DNA of 64,000 nucleotides from a bacterium (lineage in GTDB: Bacteria; UBA8248): contig CBDBZY010000045.1 in the NCBI GenBank assembly GCA_965213685.1, positions 24,684 through 88,683 on the forward strand, written 5' to 3'. The notes under the pieces are model-generated. The model was not told where the DNA came from. It saw only the letters and a list, made by a program, of their open reading frames with translations, and did no database searches. Made by a program: the position numbers and the translations under genes. This document shows, piece after piece, positions 38,397 through 49,273 of this stretch (within the stretch, counting starts at the first letter, position 1; each line of letters starts with the position of its first letter).

Positions 38397-40317
38397 ATGT
38401 CGGAGGTGCCCATCGTCAAGGAGTGCGGGATGGAAGCGGACGAGTTCGACGACCTCGAGGAGGCCGACCATCCGGAGTTGCCGGAAACCGATTTCGGCAG
38501 GTTGGCCGAGAATGTTCTCTCCCGGCGCGGATTTCTGAATGACACCGCCGCGTTCGCCGCGAGTGCGTTCGTCATGAGCGCAGGCGGAATCTCGCCCCTG
38601 GCGGCTTTCGCCGCCCCCAACCGGTTCGGGTTCGACCCCGTCCCCGCCAACGACCTCGACACGATCACCGTCCCCAAGGGGTATCGTTGGCACGTGGTCG
38701 CCAAATGGGGAGAGCCGATGTGGAAGCACTCGGTCGCGTTCGACCACGCGACGCGCGGCACGGGCGCGAGCCAGGAGTTCGCCTTCGGCGACAACAACGA
38801 TGGAATGGCGCTGTTCCTCCACGGAGACCGGAACATCCTCGCTGTCAACAACGAATACGTGAACCTTGACGTCATCTACGGCGGCAAGGGCAGGGGCAGG
38901 CCCGAGAACGCCGACGACGTGCGCAAGGGCAAGGCCGCGCACGGGGTGTCCATCGTGGAGATCGAGCAGAACAACGGCACCTGGTCCATCGTCAAGGATT
39001 CCCCCTACAACCGGAAGATCACGCCCGACACCCCGATGGAGATCACCGGGCCCGCCCGCGGGCACGACCTTCTCCGCACGGCCGCCGACCCCGCCGGCGT
39101 CAGGAGCCTGGGGACCTGGAACAACTGCGGCAACGGCGTCACCCCGTGGGGCACCTTCCTCACCTGCGAGGAGAACTTCCACGGCTACTTCTCCTCGAGC
39201 GACCCCGATATCGAGGTCGGCCCCGCGTTCAAGCGATACAGCGTAGGCACCCGGGATCGGGGGTATGCGTGGGTGATGGTGGATGAGCGGTTCGACATCG
39301 CCAAGCACCCCAACGAGCCGAACCGCGTCGGCTACATCGTCGAGATCGACCCCCTCGACCCCGCTTCCACGCCCAAGAAGCGCACCGCCCTGGGACGCTG
39401 CAAGCATGAGAACGCGGAGGTTGTCCTCGCGGCGAACGGACAGGTGGTCGTCTACATGGGCGACGACGAGCGGGGCGAGTTCATCTACAAGTTCGTGAGC
39501 GCGGGGCGCTATGTCGAGGGTGGCGACAACGCCGACCTCCTGGAGGCGGGCAAGCTGTTCGCCGCGAAGTTCGCCGACGGCGGCCGGGGCGAGTGGGTAG
39601 AGCTGACCTCGGAATCCACGGGCATGGCCTCCCTGGCGGAAATCTGCGTCCACACCCGCATGGCGGCCTCGGCGGTGAAGGCGACCACCATGGACCGCGC
39701 GGAATGGGTGGCGGCGAACCCCAGGAAGGCTGAGGTCTACTGCTGCCTCACCAACAACAAGAACCGCGGCAAGAAGCCCAACAAGGGCGGCGACCCGACG
39801 CCCGTCGGCGGGCCGAACCCCCGCAAGGGCAACATCTATGGCCAGATCGTGCGGTGGACGCCGGACGGGGGCGATCACCTCGCGACCGCCTTCTCCTGGG
39901 ACTTGTTCGTGGTTGCGGGCAACCCCGTTGTGCACACCGGCCCCAACGCGGGTTCGAAGAACATCGCGCGGGACAACATGTTCAACTCGCCTGACGGTCT
40001 CGCGTTCGACCGCAACGGCATGTTGTGGATACAGACCGACGGCAACTACTCCAACGCCAAGGGGTTCGCGGGACAGGGGAACAACCAGATGCTGGTGGGC
40101 GACCCCGTAACGGGCGAGATTCGCCGCTTTCTCGTCGGCCCCAGACAGTGCGAGGTCACCGGCATGGCCTGGAGCCCGGATGGCAAAACCCTGTTCGTCG
40201 GCATCCAGCATCCGGGCGAGAAGGGCGGCGACAGCCACTTCCCCCGACGGCGGGGACACGACCCCCCGCTCGTCCGTCATCGCCGTGACGCGCGAAGACG
40301 GGGGGCGCATCGGCTAG
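38397..40317 (+). CDS. phoX: PhoX-family alkaline phosphatase (Tat-exported), with a +1 frameshift near the 3' end
   Basis: SRRGFL Tat motif, NNDG, NCGNG.TPWGTFLTCEEN, MDRAEW, SPDGL, QHPG. Removing one C at 40241-45 restores HFPDGGDTTPRSSVIAVTREDGGRIG* (TAG 40315-17). Confidence 0.9.
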
Positions 40318-40527
40318 CACGACAATCCCTCGCTGTGGCTTCCCGCACGTCACGGGGAGGGCGACGCCGCGCCTTCTCCGGGACGTGCGGGTGCGGTGTG
40401 CGCGGGGGCGTTCCGGGAAAAGCCCCCGCCGCCCTTGCGGAGGATGCGCCTTTTTTCGCAAACTGGCGTCCGCGCGGAGGAGGGAAGCGCCGAACTGCAG
40501 AACACGCCCCCACGGGACGCACTCCCC

Positions 40528-41628
40528 ATGAGCACGAAGCGGAAGGCCATCGAATACGCCTGGTATCTGCCCTCGAACCAAAGGGGCGACGCCACGCGGC
40601 TCGGCACGGGCGAGGTGGAGATTCCTCCGGAAATCGACTACCTCGTCCACGTGACGCGGACGGCAGAGGCGAGCGGTCTCACGAACATGCTCATTCCCTG
40701 CAACACTTCCTGCTCGGACGGCTGGCTACTCGCCGCCGCCATCGCCCGAGAGACGGAGCGCATCCGGTTTTGCGTCGCCATCCGCCCCGGCCTCACCACG
40801 CCGACCTTCGCCGTCCAGCAGGCGAACACGCTCGACTTCATCTCCGGCGGCAGGCTCACGGTCAACGTCGTGCCGGGCGGCTCCTCCACGGACGCGCGGC
40901 GCTACGGCGACTGGGCGGACCACGACGCGCGCTATGCCCGGGCCGACGAGTTTCTGGAGGTCGTGCGCGCCTTCTGGGCGGAGGAGGGAAGGGTGAACCA
41001 TGAGGGCGCGCACTACCGGGTGGAGGATGGCTTCGTCTTTCCCGGCCCCGCGCGCAAGGGCGGCCCGCCGCTTTATTTCGGCGGCAGCTCGCCCGCTGCC
41101 AAAAGAGTCATCGCCAGGCACGCCGACGTCTTCCTGAAGTGGGGCGAGCCCCCCTGGCAGATAGCGGAAGAGTATCGGGAGGTGCGGAAGATGGCGCGCG
41201 AGGAACACGGGCGCGACCTCGGGCTGGGCGTGCGGTTTCACATCCTGGTGCGCGAGGACGACGCGCAGGCCAAGCGCGAGGCCGAGTCCATCATCGCGGG
41301 CAGGGTCTCCTACGGCGAGAGCTCCTCCGTCACCGGCTCCGTCGGCGGCGAGGTGGAATCCGTCTCCCAGCAGCGCATGAACGCCATGACGGCGGAGGGG
41401 AGGCTCTGGCACGGCCCGGCGCTGTTCTCCGGCGTCAACCTCGTGCGCCAGGGGGCGGGCACCATGCTCGTGGGCAGCCCGCAGGTCGTGGCCGACGCCA
41501 TGCGCGAATACGTCGCCGTCGGCGCCACCACCTTCATCCTCTCCGGCTGGCCGCACGATGCGGAGGCCCGGAACTTCGGCGAATACCTCCTGCCCCTGCT
41601 CCCGAGGACGGCGCCGCCCCAGCCCTGA
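40528..41628 (+). CDS. LLM-class flavin-dependent monooxygenase (SsuD-like)
   Basis: AIRPG, LDFISGGRL, RYARADEFL and LYFGGSS motifs. Confidence 0.88.
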   Translation: MSTKRKAIEYAWYLPSNQRGDATRLGTGEVEIPPEIDYLVHVTRTAEASGLTNMLIPCNTSCSDGWLLAAAIARETERIRFCVAIRPGLTTPTFAVQQANTLDFISGGRLTVNVVPGGSSTDARRYGDWADHDARYARADEFLEVVRAFWAEEGRVNHEGAHYRVEDGFVFPGPARKGGPPLYFGGSSPAAKRVIARHADVFLKWGEPPWQIAEEYREVRKMAREEHGRDLGLGVRFHILVREDDAQAKREAESIIAGRVSYGESSSVTGSVGGEVESVSQQRMNAMTAEGRLWHGPALFSGVNLVRQGAGTMLVGSPQVVADAMREYVAVGATTFILSGWPHDAEARNFGEYLLPLLPRTAPPQP

Positions 41629-41681
41629 GCCGTTTCATATGGGTGAGGCATTCGCCCCCATCGTGGAGAGGGAGCCCCTCC

Positions 41682-42629
41682 CTACCTGGGAATCAGTATC
41701 TCCCCGGAGATCGACGCCAGATCCTTGCAGCCCGCCATGATCATGGCCCGCTCCAGCTCCTCGTTCAGCAGCTCCAGCATCTGCGCCACGCCCTCCGCTC
41801 CGCCCGCGAACAGGCCGAGCACCAGGCCCCGGCCCGTCAGCACCCCCCGGGCGCCCCGGGCGAGCAGCTTCAGCGCGTCCTCCCCGCGGCGGACGCCGCT
41901 CTCCGCGAGCACGAGGAGGTCGTCGCCCACCTCGCGGCACACCTCGGGCAGGATTTCCATGGGATGCCCCCAGGAGGGGCCGTGCGCCCCTCCGTGGGTG
42001 GTGACGATGATGGCCGAGGCACCGGCGTCGCGCGCGACTCGCGCGGTCTCGGCCGATCCCACCGCCTTGAGGATGAACGGCAGCCCCGTGGCCTCCACGT
42101 AGCGGGCGAGCGCCTCCGCCGTCTGCGGGCTGCACTCGGGGTTGTAGAAGCCGGATTCAAAATCCATCCCCACGGCGAACGCACCCGTATCCTCGGCGAG
42201 CTGCAGGGACGCCACGACGCGCCCGGAATCCCGCCAGGGCTTCACGATCCGCACCGCCGAGGGCGCGGCGGCGGCCACCTCCTTCCAGGTCGCGTCGTCG
42301 CAGTCGCCGATCCAGTACTGGGTTCCGAAGCGGGCCGCCCCCTCGGCGACCGCGCGAAAGGCGTCCCGCCGGTGGACGCGCAGGGTGTTCTCGCTCATCG
42401 AGGCGGTCATGAGGGGGCTGCGCAGCCTCTTGCCCAGGAAATCGAAGCCCGTGTCCGCACCGCTGGCGAGCAGCAGGCGCATCTTCAGGCCGAATCGCGC
42501 GTATCCCTCGCGGGCCACGATCATCCCCGGCTGGACGGGACGGAGGATGTCGAAGGGATTCTCCGCCCCCGCCCGCGCAACGTTCTTCCGCGCCCGCTCA
42601 TACAGCGCCCGGTAGGCCTCCTCGCTCAT
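41682..42629 (-). CDS. FMN-dependent alpha-hydroxy acid oxidase-like protein
   Basis: PFILKAV, THGG, ESGVRRGEDALK and ELERAMIMAG motifs. Confidence 0.8.
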   Translation of the reverse strand: MSEEAYRALYERARKNVARAGAENPFDILRPVQPGMIVAREGYARFGLKMRLLLASGADTGFDFLGKRLRSPLMTASMSENTLRVHRRDAFRAVAEGAARFGTQYWIGDCDDATWKEVAAAAPSAVRIVKPWRDSGRVVASLQLAEDTGAFAVGMDFESGFYNPECSPQTAEALARYVEATGLPFILKAVGSAETARVARDAGASAIIVTTHGGAHGPSWGHPMEILPEVCREVGDDLLVLAESGVRRGEDALKLLARGARGVLTGRGLVLGLFAGGAEGVAQMLELLNEELERAMIMAGCKDLASISGEILIPR

Positions 42630-42798
42630 CTCTCCCTCTCCTCCTTCGCGCAATCAGCGGCGGCGTCCGCCCGGCTCCGCGCGGGGCGGCCCGCCCGCCC
42701 CTCTCTCTCCCGCCCGCTGGCGGATTCGCCTCCCCTGGGGTAGGATGCGGAGCAGACAAGCGAGAAGAAGCGCCGCCGCCGCCCAGGGAGGAGTCGCC

Positions 42799-43113
42799 AT
42801 GATCATGGTCATTCTACACTATCCGGCCGTCGCGCCCACGCTCGGCGAGGTCCGCGCGGACAAGGAGAAATCCGTCCCCTTCTTTGAGAACGAGATACCG
42901 GGCCTCATCGACAAGACGTGGGGCATGAACGAGGAGACCGGCCGCATGGCCTCCGTCTATCATTTCGAGGACCGGCCCACCGCCGACGCCTGGTTCGACT
43001 CCGAGAAGCAGCGCAGCTTCCGCAGGCAGAACAAACGCCACCATCGAGTTTTTCGACGTGGCGGCCCTGGCGTTTCCGAAAGCCGCTGCGCGAGGCGGCG
43101 ACCGCATGACCTG
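42799..43113 (+). CDS. YdhR-like dimeric alpha-beta barrel protein (frameshift near 43033; 3' end uncertain)
   Basis: IPGLIDKTW..NEETG...VYHFED...ADAW; continues ATIEFFDVAA in another frame. GGAGG RBS. Confidence 0.6.
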
Positions 43114-43183
43114 ACGCGGCCCCCCGGCTCCCGACGATTTGGGTGCCGATCCCGTGAGAATAGGCACAGCAGAAGGGCATGCG

Positions 43184-44104
43184 ATGAAGAAGTCCGTCAA
43201 TGGCAGGCGAATAGTGAAAAACGCTAATCAAAGACGAAAGAAAATGATCGCCTTTGGCTGGTATGGGGGGAAATTCTCGCACCTGGACTTCATATTGCCG
43301 CATTTGCCGGAAGACGCCGTGCATTTTTGTGATGTGTTCGGCGGAATCGGGGGCGATTTTGATCAACCGAAAGCCCACCCTGGTAGAAACATACAACGAT
43401 CTGGACTCGGAGCTGGTTAATTTTTTTCGAGACACTGAGGAACCAGGGGACGAAACTGATCAAGGCGATTAGTCTGACGCCGTTTTCACGGGAAGAATTG
43501 ATGCGGGCGTGTCGCCCGGAGCCCGAATTGACCAGGCTGGAAAGAGCGAGAAGGTTTTATGTAAGAGCCAGGCAAACGCGCACCGGCCTCGCCCAGACAA
43601 GCAGCGAAGGCAGATGGGCCCATTGCGTCCTCACCTCCCGTGCGGGGATGGCCGGGGCGGTTTCGCGCTGGCTCGGAGCCATTGACGGACTCCCGGAAAT
43701 CGTCCAGAGACTGCAGCGGGTGCAGATTGAGAATGTCCCCCGCCCTGGAGCTCATCGAACGCTATGACACGGAAGACACGCTCTTTTATTTGGACCCTCC
43801 CTATGTTCATGAAAGCCGGAATGACCCGCATGCGTATGGGCATGAGATGACCAACGATGAACACGTCGAGCTCGCTCGTTCGCTTCATTCCATTCGCGGC
43901 AGGGCCGTCGTGTCCGGGTACAAGACAAAGCTGTACGACAAGTTGTTTGCTGACTGGACGAGGGTCGATGCGCCGGCCAAAACCTGCAGTTCTTCGAAGG
44001 GAAAACGACAGGAATCGCTATGGCTGAACTTTCATCCGAGGAAAAGAGGCGATGCGGAAAGGGATTTCTCCGGATGCGGAACGGGCGCGCGCATCACTGA
44101 ATGA
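43184..44104 (+). CDS. DNA adenine methyltransferase (Dam/D12 class), split by three +1 frameshifts
   Basis: FGWYGGK, DVFGG(S)GA, YNDLD and LFYLDPPY motifs spread over successive frames; shifts near 43345, 43424 and 43739. Confidence 0.88.
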
Positions 44105-45138
44105 ACTCTGGCAAATCGTAACTCAGGAAAAAGATGGAACGATAGACCAAGATATTGACAGGCTCATCAACAGCCGTTTTGTCTCGATACGATTCTGTCT
44201 GCCGACACAGCTGCTCGGAAAACTCACGGATCCCGATCTGGATTGTCTTTGTTTGCAAAAAGGCGGTGGCGGATCTGATTCGGGTTCTCAATGAGACCCC
44301 AGAAGTTTCTCGAACAAAGTCGTCGTTCCCTGGGCTTCCGAGAACCAGTCCGTCCTGGGCACAAGCCCTGATCCATATGTCAGCAAGCCCCTCCGGAAAC
44401 CCCGGCTCGAGGAAACCCCGGAAAATGTCAAGGGAAAGGAAGAGTGGGTTTTGCTGCATCGAGTTTTGAGTGAGGTGGAACGACGAAATTCGGCAGAATA
44501 CACACGCCTTCGCATGCTTCAGGCGTTGCGGAGCATTCACAGGCAATTCACTGCGCTCGCTTTTGAATATCTTGTGCCGGAGAGAATCAGCATCGAGCAA
44601 ACCGAACGCCTCATCCGCGCCTTTTTGTCCGAGGCAAGCGGAGGAGATAGGGGGACTTTCCGTTGCGGCGGCCTTGTTTCAGACGTTTGGGAAGTACTTT
44701 GGAATCTACAAAGAGGTGAAGCGCTATGCGATAAACGCTTCGGATCGATCGACGGGCCTGGTCGCAGATATCGAGTGCATTGGTGAGGACGGAGAAAGAA
44801 AGCTGGCAATCGAGGTAAAAGAAAGAAATCTTGTCCTCGCGGATGTGAGGAGTGCTGTGGGGAAGGCGCGAAGGGCTGCCTTGCGGGAGCTGTTGTTTCA
44901 TGCGCCCGGTGCGAATCCGGCGGAAGAGGAGGCCATCGCCGATCTGTTCGCCCGGACGTGGGCACAGGGGGCGAACCTGTATCGCCTTTCCAGCTTCGAG
45001 CTGATTCGGGTTGGTCTCGCCCTGACCGGCGAGCCTGGCAGGAAAGATTTTTTGGAAAACGTCGGGAGGCAGCTGGATGCGTACAACACGCAGCCGATGA
45101 ACAGAAAACGCTGGAAGGAATTGCTGGAGGAAACATAA
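44052..45138 (+). pseudogene. SacI-family type II restriction endonuclease with an in-frame TGA and one frameshift
   Basis: Q*DPRSFSNKVVVPW...LGTSPDPYVSKPLR; INASDRSTG..ADIE...AIEVK (PD-(D/E)xK). TGA at 44292-94; extra G at 44650-54. Confidence 0.72.
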
Positions 45139-45185
45139 GGATGGAGAGAGGCGCCCCTCCCGCGTTCTCCTGAACCCCGCGTTCG

Positions 45186-46294
45186 CTAGGCGAAGCGCAT
45201 CGGGTCGTATGGCGCCGGGTCGAGCGGGGGGGGAGTCGCCGAGGTAGAGGGCGGCGGCGAGGCGCGCGCTCGCAGGCGCCGGCCCGATGCCCGACGGCCC
45301 GTGGCCGGCGCAGAAATACAGACCCTCCAGCCCGCCCTGGCCGATGAGGGGCAGGTAATCCGACGAGGTGGGCCGGAAGCCGCTCCAGGTCTCCTGAATG
45401 GCGCAGGAGGCGATGGAGGGGGCGATGCGGGCGCCCTCTCGCAGCAGCCAGGCGAGACCTCCCACGGTGAGCCTCGGGTCCTCGCCCGCGAACTCGCGCG
45501 TGGCGCCCAGGATGACGCGGCCGTCGGCCCTGGGAACGAGATAGGGGTCGTTGACGGTGAGCACCACGCGCCGGAGCCCGATGGCGCGGGCGTCGAGGGC
45601 GACCATCTGCCCGCGCTGGGGGGTGATGGGCGCCCGGGGGGATGGCGCCCCGGCAGGCTGCGGCTGCCGATGCCCGCGCAGATGAAAACGGCGGACGCCT
45701 CGTGAACGCCTGCGTCCGTGCGAAACGCCGGTGACCCTGGCGCCATCGTTCATGATTTCCTCCACCACCTGGCCCGTGATGATCTCCACGCCCAGGTGCC
45801 GGCAGGCCAGCTCCAGGCCGGGCCCCAGCTTTCTGACCTCGACGTTTCCGCCCCGCGACGAGCAACGCTCCCGCAAGCGCATCCGACAGGCAGGGCTCCT
45901 CGCCCCGCAGGACGTCCGGCGGCATCCATTCGGCGTCGCCCCACTCGCGCGCGCGGGCTTTCTCCTGGATGGCCTGCGCCTCCTCCGCATGGAGGGCGAC
46001 CAGGAGAACGCCGGTGAGGCGGTATTCGACGTCCGTACCGCTTTCCTCCAGAATGGCCTCCGCCAGCAGGGGCCATTCCGCAAACGAGGCGGTGCGGAGC
46101 CTGAGGCCGGGGACGCCCGCGATGTCGGCGGAGCCGCTCGTGCCGTGGGTGGAGACGATGCCCGCAGAGGCCCAGGTGGTGCCCGCACCGGGCCGGCTTT
46201 TCTCGATGAGGGCGACGCTCCTGCCCGCCTTGCGGAGCTCCCGGGCTGTCAGGAGTCCCATGATGCCGCCACCGATGACAAGGACGTCGCGCAT
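45186..46294 (-). CDS. thiO: Glycine oxidase ThiO-like FAD-dependent oxidoreductase (several +1 frameshifts)
   Basis: VIGGGIMG, TWASAG, PQRGQM, YLVPRADG, WSGFRP and AGHG motifs across frames. Confidence 0.75.
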
Positions 46295-46391
46295 GGTGTG
46301 CCTTTCTTTTTATCGGTCGGTTCCGGTCCAGCCACAGGCCGGGTTATACCACGGAGGCTTCGCCCGCTCGCAAGCGCGTATATCGGCAGGC

Positions 46392-46423
46392 AAAAAAAAC
46401 GACGGCTCGGGTGAGCCGTCGTT
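46392..46423 (-). terminator. Rho-independent terminator of the csp gene
   Basis: AACGACGGCTC-N4-GAGCCGTCGTT hairpin followed by a T run on the minus strand. Confidence 0.8.
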
Positions 46424-46458
46424 GTCGATTTTTTACACCATGAAGGGTTTGTTGTTCC

Positions 46459-46668
46459 TTAGGAAGCACCCCCTTTTGTGACGTTGGCTGCCTGAAGCCC
46501 TTTCGGGCCCTGGACAATTTCGAAGTTGACGTTTTGTCCTTCCTCCAGGGTTTTGAATCCGTCTCCCTGGATGGCGGAGAAGTGAACGAAAACATCGTCA
46601 CCGTCCGTCTGCGAAATAAACCCATAGCCCTTTGCGTCGTTGAACCACTTGACTGTTCCCTCTGGCAC
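46459..46668 (-). CDS. cspA: Cold-shock protein
   Basis: [15 protein letters not shown] and DVFVHFSAI motifs. GTG start. Confidence 0.96.
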   Translation of the reverse strand: MPEGTVKWFNDAKGYGFISQTDGDDVFVHFSAIQGDGFKTLEEGQNVNFEIVQGPKGLQAANVTKGGAS

Positions 46669-46901
46669 TTGTGCATCTCCTGCATATTTTGGAAACGGGC
46701 GGAGACGAATGTGACGAAACCTCTCGCCTCCGCGACATTTCCAGAAACTCGGGTTGGCCGCGCCGGCCGCGGCCTCACCAAATGATTACCAAACTCCGGG
46801 CCGCCTTGCAACCTCCGAAATTCTTATGTAGCAGTTGAATGTCTGGCACCCGCATACATTTTCCATCGCCGGGAGAGCGAAAAACGGGGGAGCGAAAATC
46901 G

Positions 46902-47453
46902 ATGGCCCGCTTACGGGAAACGCCCATAGAAGAGATGACGGATGCGCAAAAGAGACTGCATGAGAAGATCGCCTCCGGCCCCAGGGGAGGCGTGAGGGGC
47001 CCGTTTCTGGCGTGGCTCAAAAGCCCGGCGTATCTCGAAAAGCTTGAAGAAACAGGGCGTTACTTGCGCTACGACTCTGTGCTTGAGCCGCGGCTGAGCG
47101 AGTTCGCGATTCTGATCACCGCCCGGTTCTGGGGCTCGCAATACGAATGGTACGCCCACGAACCCCTGGCCCGGAAGGGGGGGTTGTCGCCCCGGATCAT
47201 CGAGGCTGTTCGGGAAAATGTCCGGCCTGCGGAGATGGCCCCGGATGAGAAGGCGCTCTATGACTTTTGCGCAGCGTTGCACGAAAATCACTTTGTGGAT
47301 GCGGAAACCTACCAGAATGCGTTGGCGCATTTCGGGGAGCGCGGGCTGGTGGAGCTCATCGGCCTCATGGGGCACTACACGACGGTTTCCATGACGCTCA
47401 ACGCATTCGAACTCCAGGTGCCCGAGGGAGCAGAGCGCCCGTTCAGGCAGTGA
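46902..47453 (+). CDS. Carboxymuconolactone decarboxylase family protein
   Basis: GPFLAWLKSP, EFAILITAR..SQYEWYAH and GERGLVEL motifs. Confidence 0.85.
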   Translation: MARLRETPIEEMTDAQKRLHEKIASGPRGGVRGPFLAWLKSPAYLEKLEETGRYLRYDSVLEPRLSEFAILITARFWGSQYEWYAHEPLARKGGLSPRIIEAVRENVRPAEMAPDEKALYDFCAALHENHFVDAETYQNALAHFGERGLVELIGLMGHYTTVSMTLNAFELQVPEGAERPFRQ

Positions 47454-47471
47454 GGGGGACAATTTTTTGCC

Positions 47472-48229
47472 ATGCGACTAGAGGGGAAGAGGGCGTTTCT
47501 CACCGGAGCCTCCGTGGGAATCGGGGCCGCCATCGCGAGGCGTTTCGCCGAGGAGGGTTGCGCGCTGTATCTGGCGGGGGGCAGGAACGCGGACGCTTTG
47601 AAGTCCACGATCGCGTATTGCAGGTCCCGGGGTGCGGCGGCGGCCGGCGAGGGAGTCGACCTGGCGAACCTGGCGAATGCGCCCTCTTTGATGGGGCGTG
47701 CCCTGGCATACCTCGGCCATCTCGACATTTTGGTGAACTGCGCCGGAATCCGCTGCAACAAGCCGGTGGAGGAGGTGACGCATGACGAGGTGGTCGCCCT
47801 GTTTCAGGTCAACGCGATGGCTTCGTTCATGCTGAGCGGATTGGCGGCCGGGCATATGATCCCCAGGGGCCAGGGCCAGATCATCAACATCGGCTCCACG
47901 TCCGGCGAGGCGGGAGTGCCTCGCAATTCCTTGTATTGCGCGACGAAAGGGGCGATGCACCTGATGACGAAGGCGCACGCGGCCGAACTCGGCCCCCCAA
48001 GGGATCCGGGTGAACGCCCATAGCGCCGGGGACGACGTTGAGCGAGGGGACGAAACGCCGCGTGGAGACGCAGGCGGGCAGAGGGGAGATGCTGATGCGC
48101 AATATACCGCTGGGGCGCTTCGCAACTCCGGAGGAAATCGCTGATTGCGCTGTTTTCGTGGCCTCGGATGCGGCCGCATACATGAACGGGGCCGTCATTC
48201 CGATGGACGGGGGACGCTTGTGCCAATGA
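47472..48229 (+). CDS. SDR family oxidoreductase (two +1 frameshifts near 47995-48020)
   Basis: TGASVGIG, NCAGI and YCATK; correcting two extra C gives ELGPQGIRVNAIAPG...IPLGRFATPEEIA...DGG. Confidence 0.85.
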
Positions 48230-48272
48230 GCGTCGTCGTCATGGAGAGCGCGGTTTTCGGGAAGGGATTCGC

Positions 48273-49271
48273 ATGAGGGACCGTCTCGGCTTCTGGCTTC
48301 TCACGTTCGCGGACATTTCGTTCCAGGGCATGGGAGAGGTCTCCAGGCTTGGCGAGGAATTGGGGTATCATCGCGTCTACACCACCGAATCCCTCACGGA
48401 CACCCTGGCCATCAATCAGCTGATGGCGACCTATACGTCCCGGATGGAGATCGGCAGTTCGGTCGCCATCATTTATTTGCGCCACGCCTCCCTCGCCGCC
48501 CAGGGCGCCGTGGCGATCAGCGAAATCTCCGGCGGCCGCTATATCCTGGGTCTCGGTCTGGGGCATCCCCCCCGGATTCGGGCGATGGGGATAGAGCCGG
48601 GAAGTCCCCTCGAGGACATGCGCCAATATGTCCGGGAGGTGAGAGGGGTATGGAGGGGGGAGTCCGTGTATCCCCTGCCCGTCCAGACTTATCAGGGGAA
48701 AGCGCTGGCGTTCAGGCGCTCGAAGCACCCGATTCGGATATATATGGCTGCCGTCGGCCCGAAGATGACGGCGCTTGGCGGGGAAATCGCCGACGGGCTG
48801 TTGCCTTACATGGTCCCGCTCTCGAGGATGGGCGCCTACGTGGAGGCGAGGGACATCGGAGCGAAGCGCGCCGGCAGAAATCCCCGGGACATACAGATCG
48901 ACCTGGGAATCCATACGTTTTTGTGCGATGATCTCGCTTTGGCCAGAGAGACCGCCCGTCAAACCCTCACGTATTGGCTGGGGCTTCCCGCATACAATCG
49001 CTCGATTCGCGAAAGCGGCTATGAGGAGGAGGCGGAGCGCATGCGAGCGGCCTTTGAGCGCGGCGATCAGAAGGCTCTGCGGGAAGGGATCACCGACGCC
49101 ATCATCGACGAGTTTTGCCTCGTTGGCCCGCCAGAGAGGTGCCGGGAGCGCCTGGCCGCCTTTGTCTCCGCCGGGGTGGACATGCCGGTTTTGATGACGG
49201 ACCCGGTGCCGGCGGGCGAAAGCTATCAAGAGGCGGTGGAGCGCACGCTAACAGGGCTGGCCCCGAGGTAG
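48273..49271 (+). CDS. LLM-class (luciferase-like, flavin/F420) oxidoreductase
   Basis: EISGGRYILGLG, MAAVGPKM..LGGEIADG and VGPPERCRERL motifs. Confidence 0.85.
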   Translation: MRDRLGFWLLTFADISFQGMGEVSRLGEELGYHRVYTTESLTDTLAINQLMATYTSRMEIGSSVAIIYLRHASLAAQGAVAISEISGGRYILGLGLGHPPRIRAMGIEPGSPLEDMRQYVREVRGVWRGESVYPLPVQTYQGKALAFRRSKHPIRIYMAAVGPKMTALGGEIADGLLPYMVPLSRMGAYVEARDIGAKRAGRNPRDIQIDLGIHTFLCDDLALARETARQTLTYWLGLPAYNRSIRESGYEEEAERMRAAFERGDQKALREGITDAIIDEFCLVGPPERCRERLAAFVSAGVDMPVLMTDPVPAGESYQEAVERTLTGLAPR

Positions 49272-49273
49272 GC

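Noticed and set aside
38397-41003. PhoX with a long novel C-terminal extension (868 aa)
   Set aside because: The extension comes from one extra C at 40241-45; the normal C-terminus and stop are in the adjacent frame.
44292-44294. TGA in the nuclease as selenocysteine
   Set aside because: No redox-Cys context and no obvious SECIS; Trp-to-stop is simpler.
44537-46294. 585-aa FAD oxidoreductase fusion overlapping the nuclease
   Set aside because: Artefact of frameshifts; the corrected gene ends at 45186.
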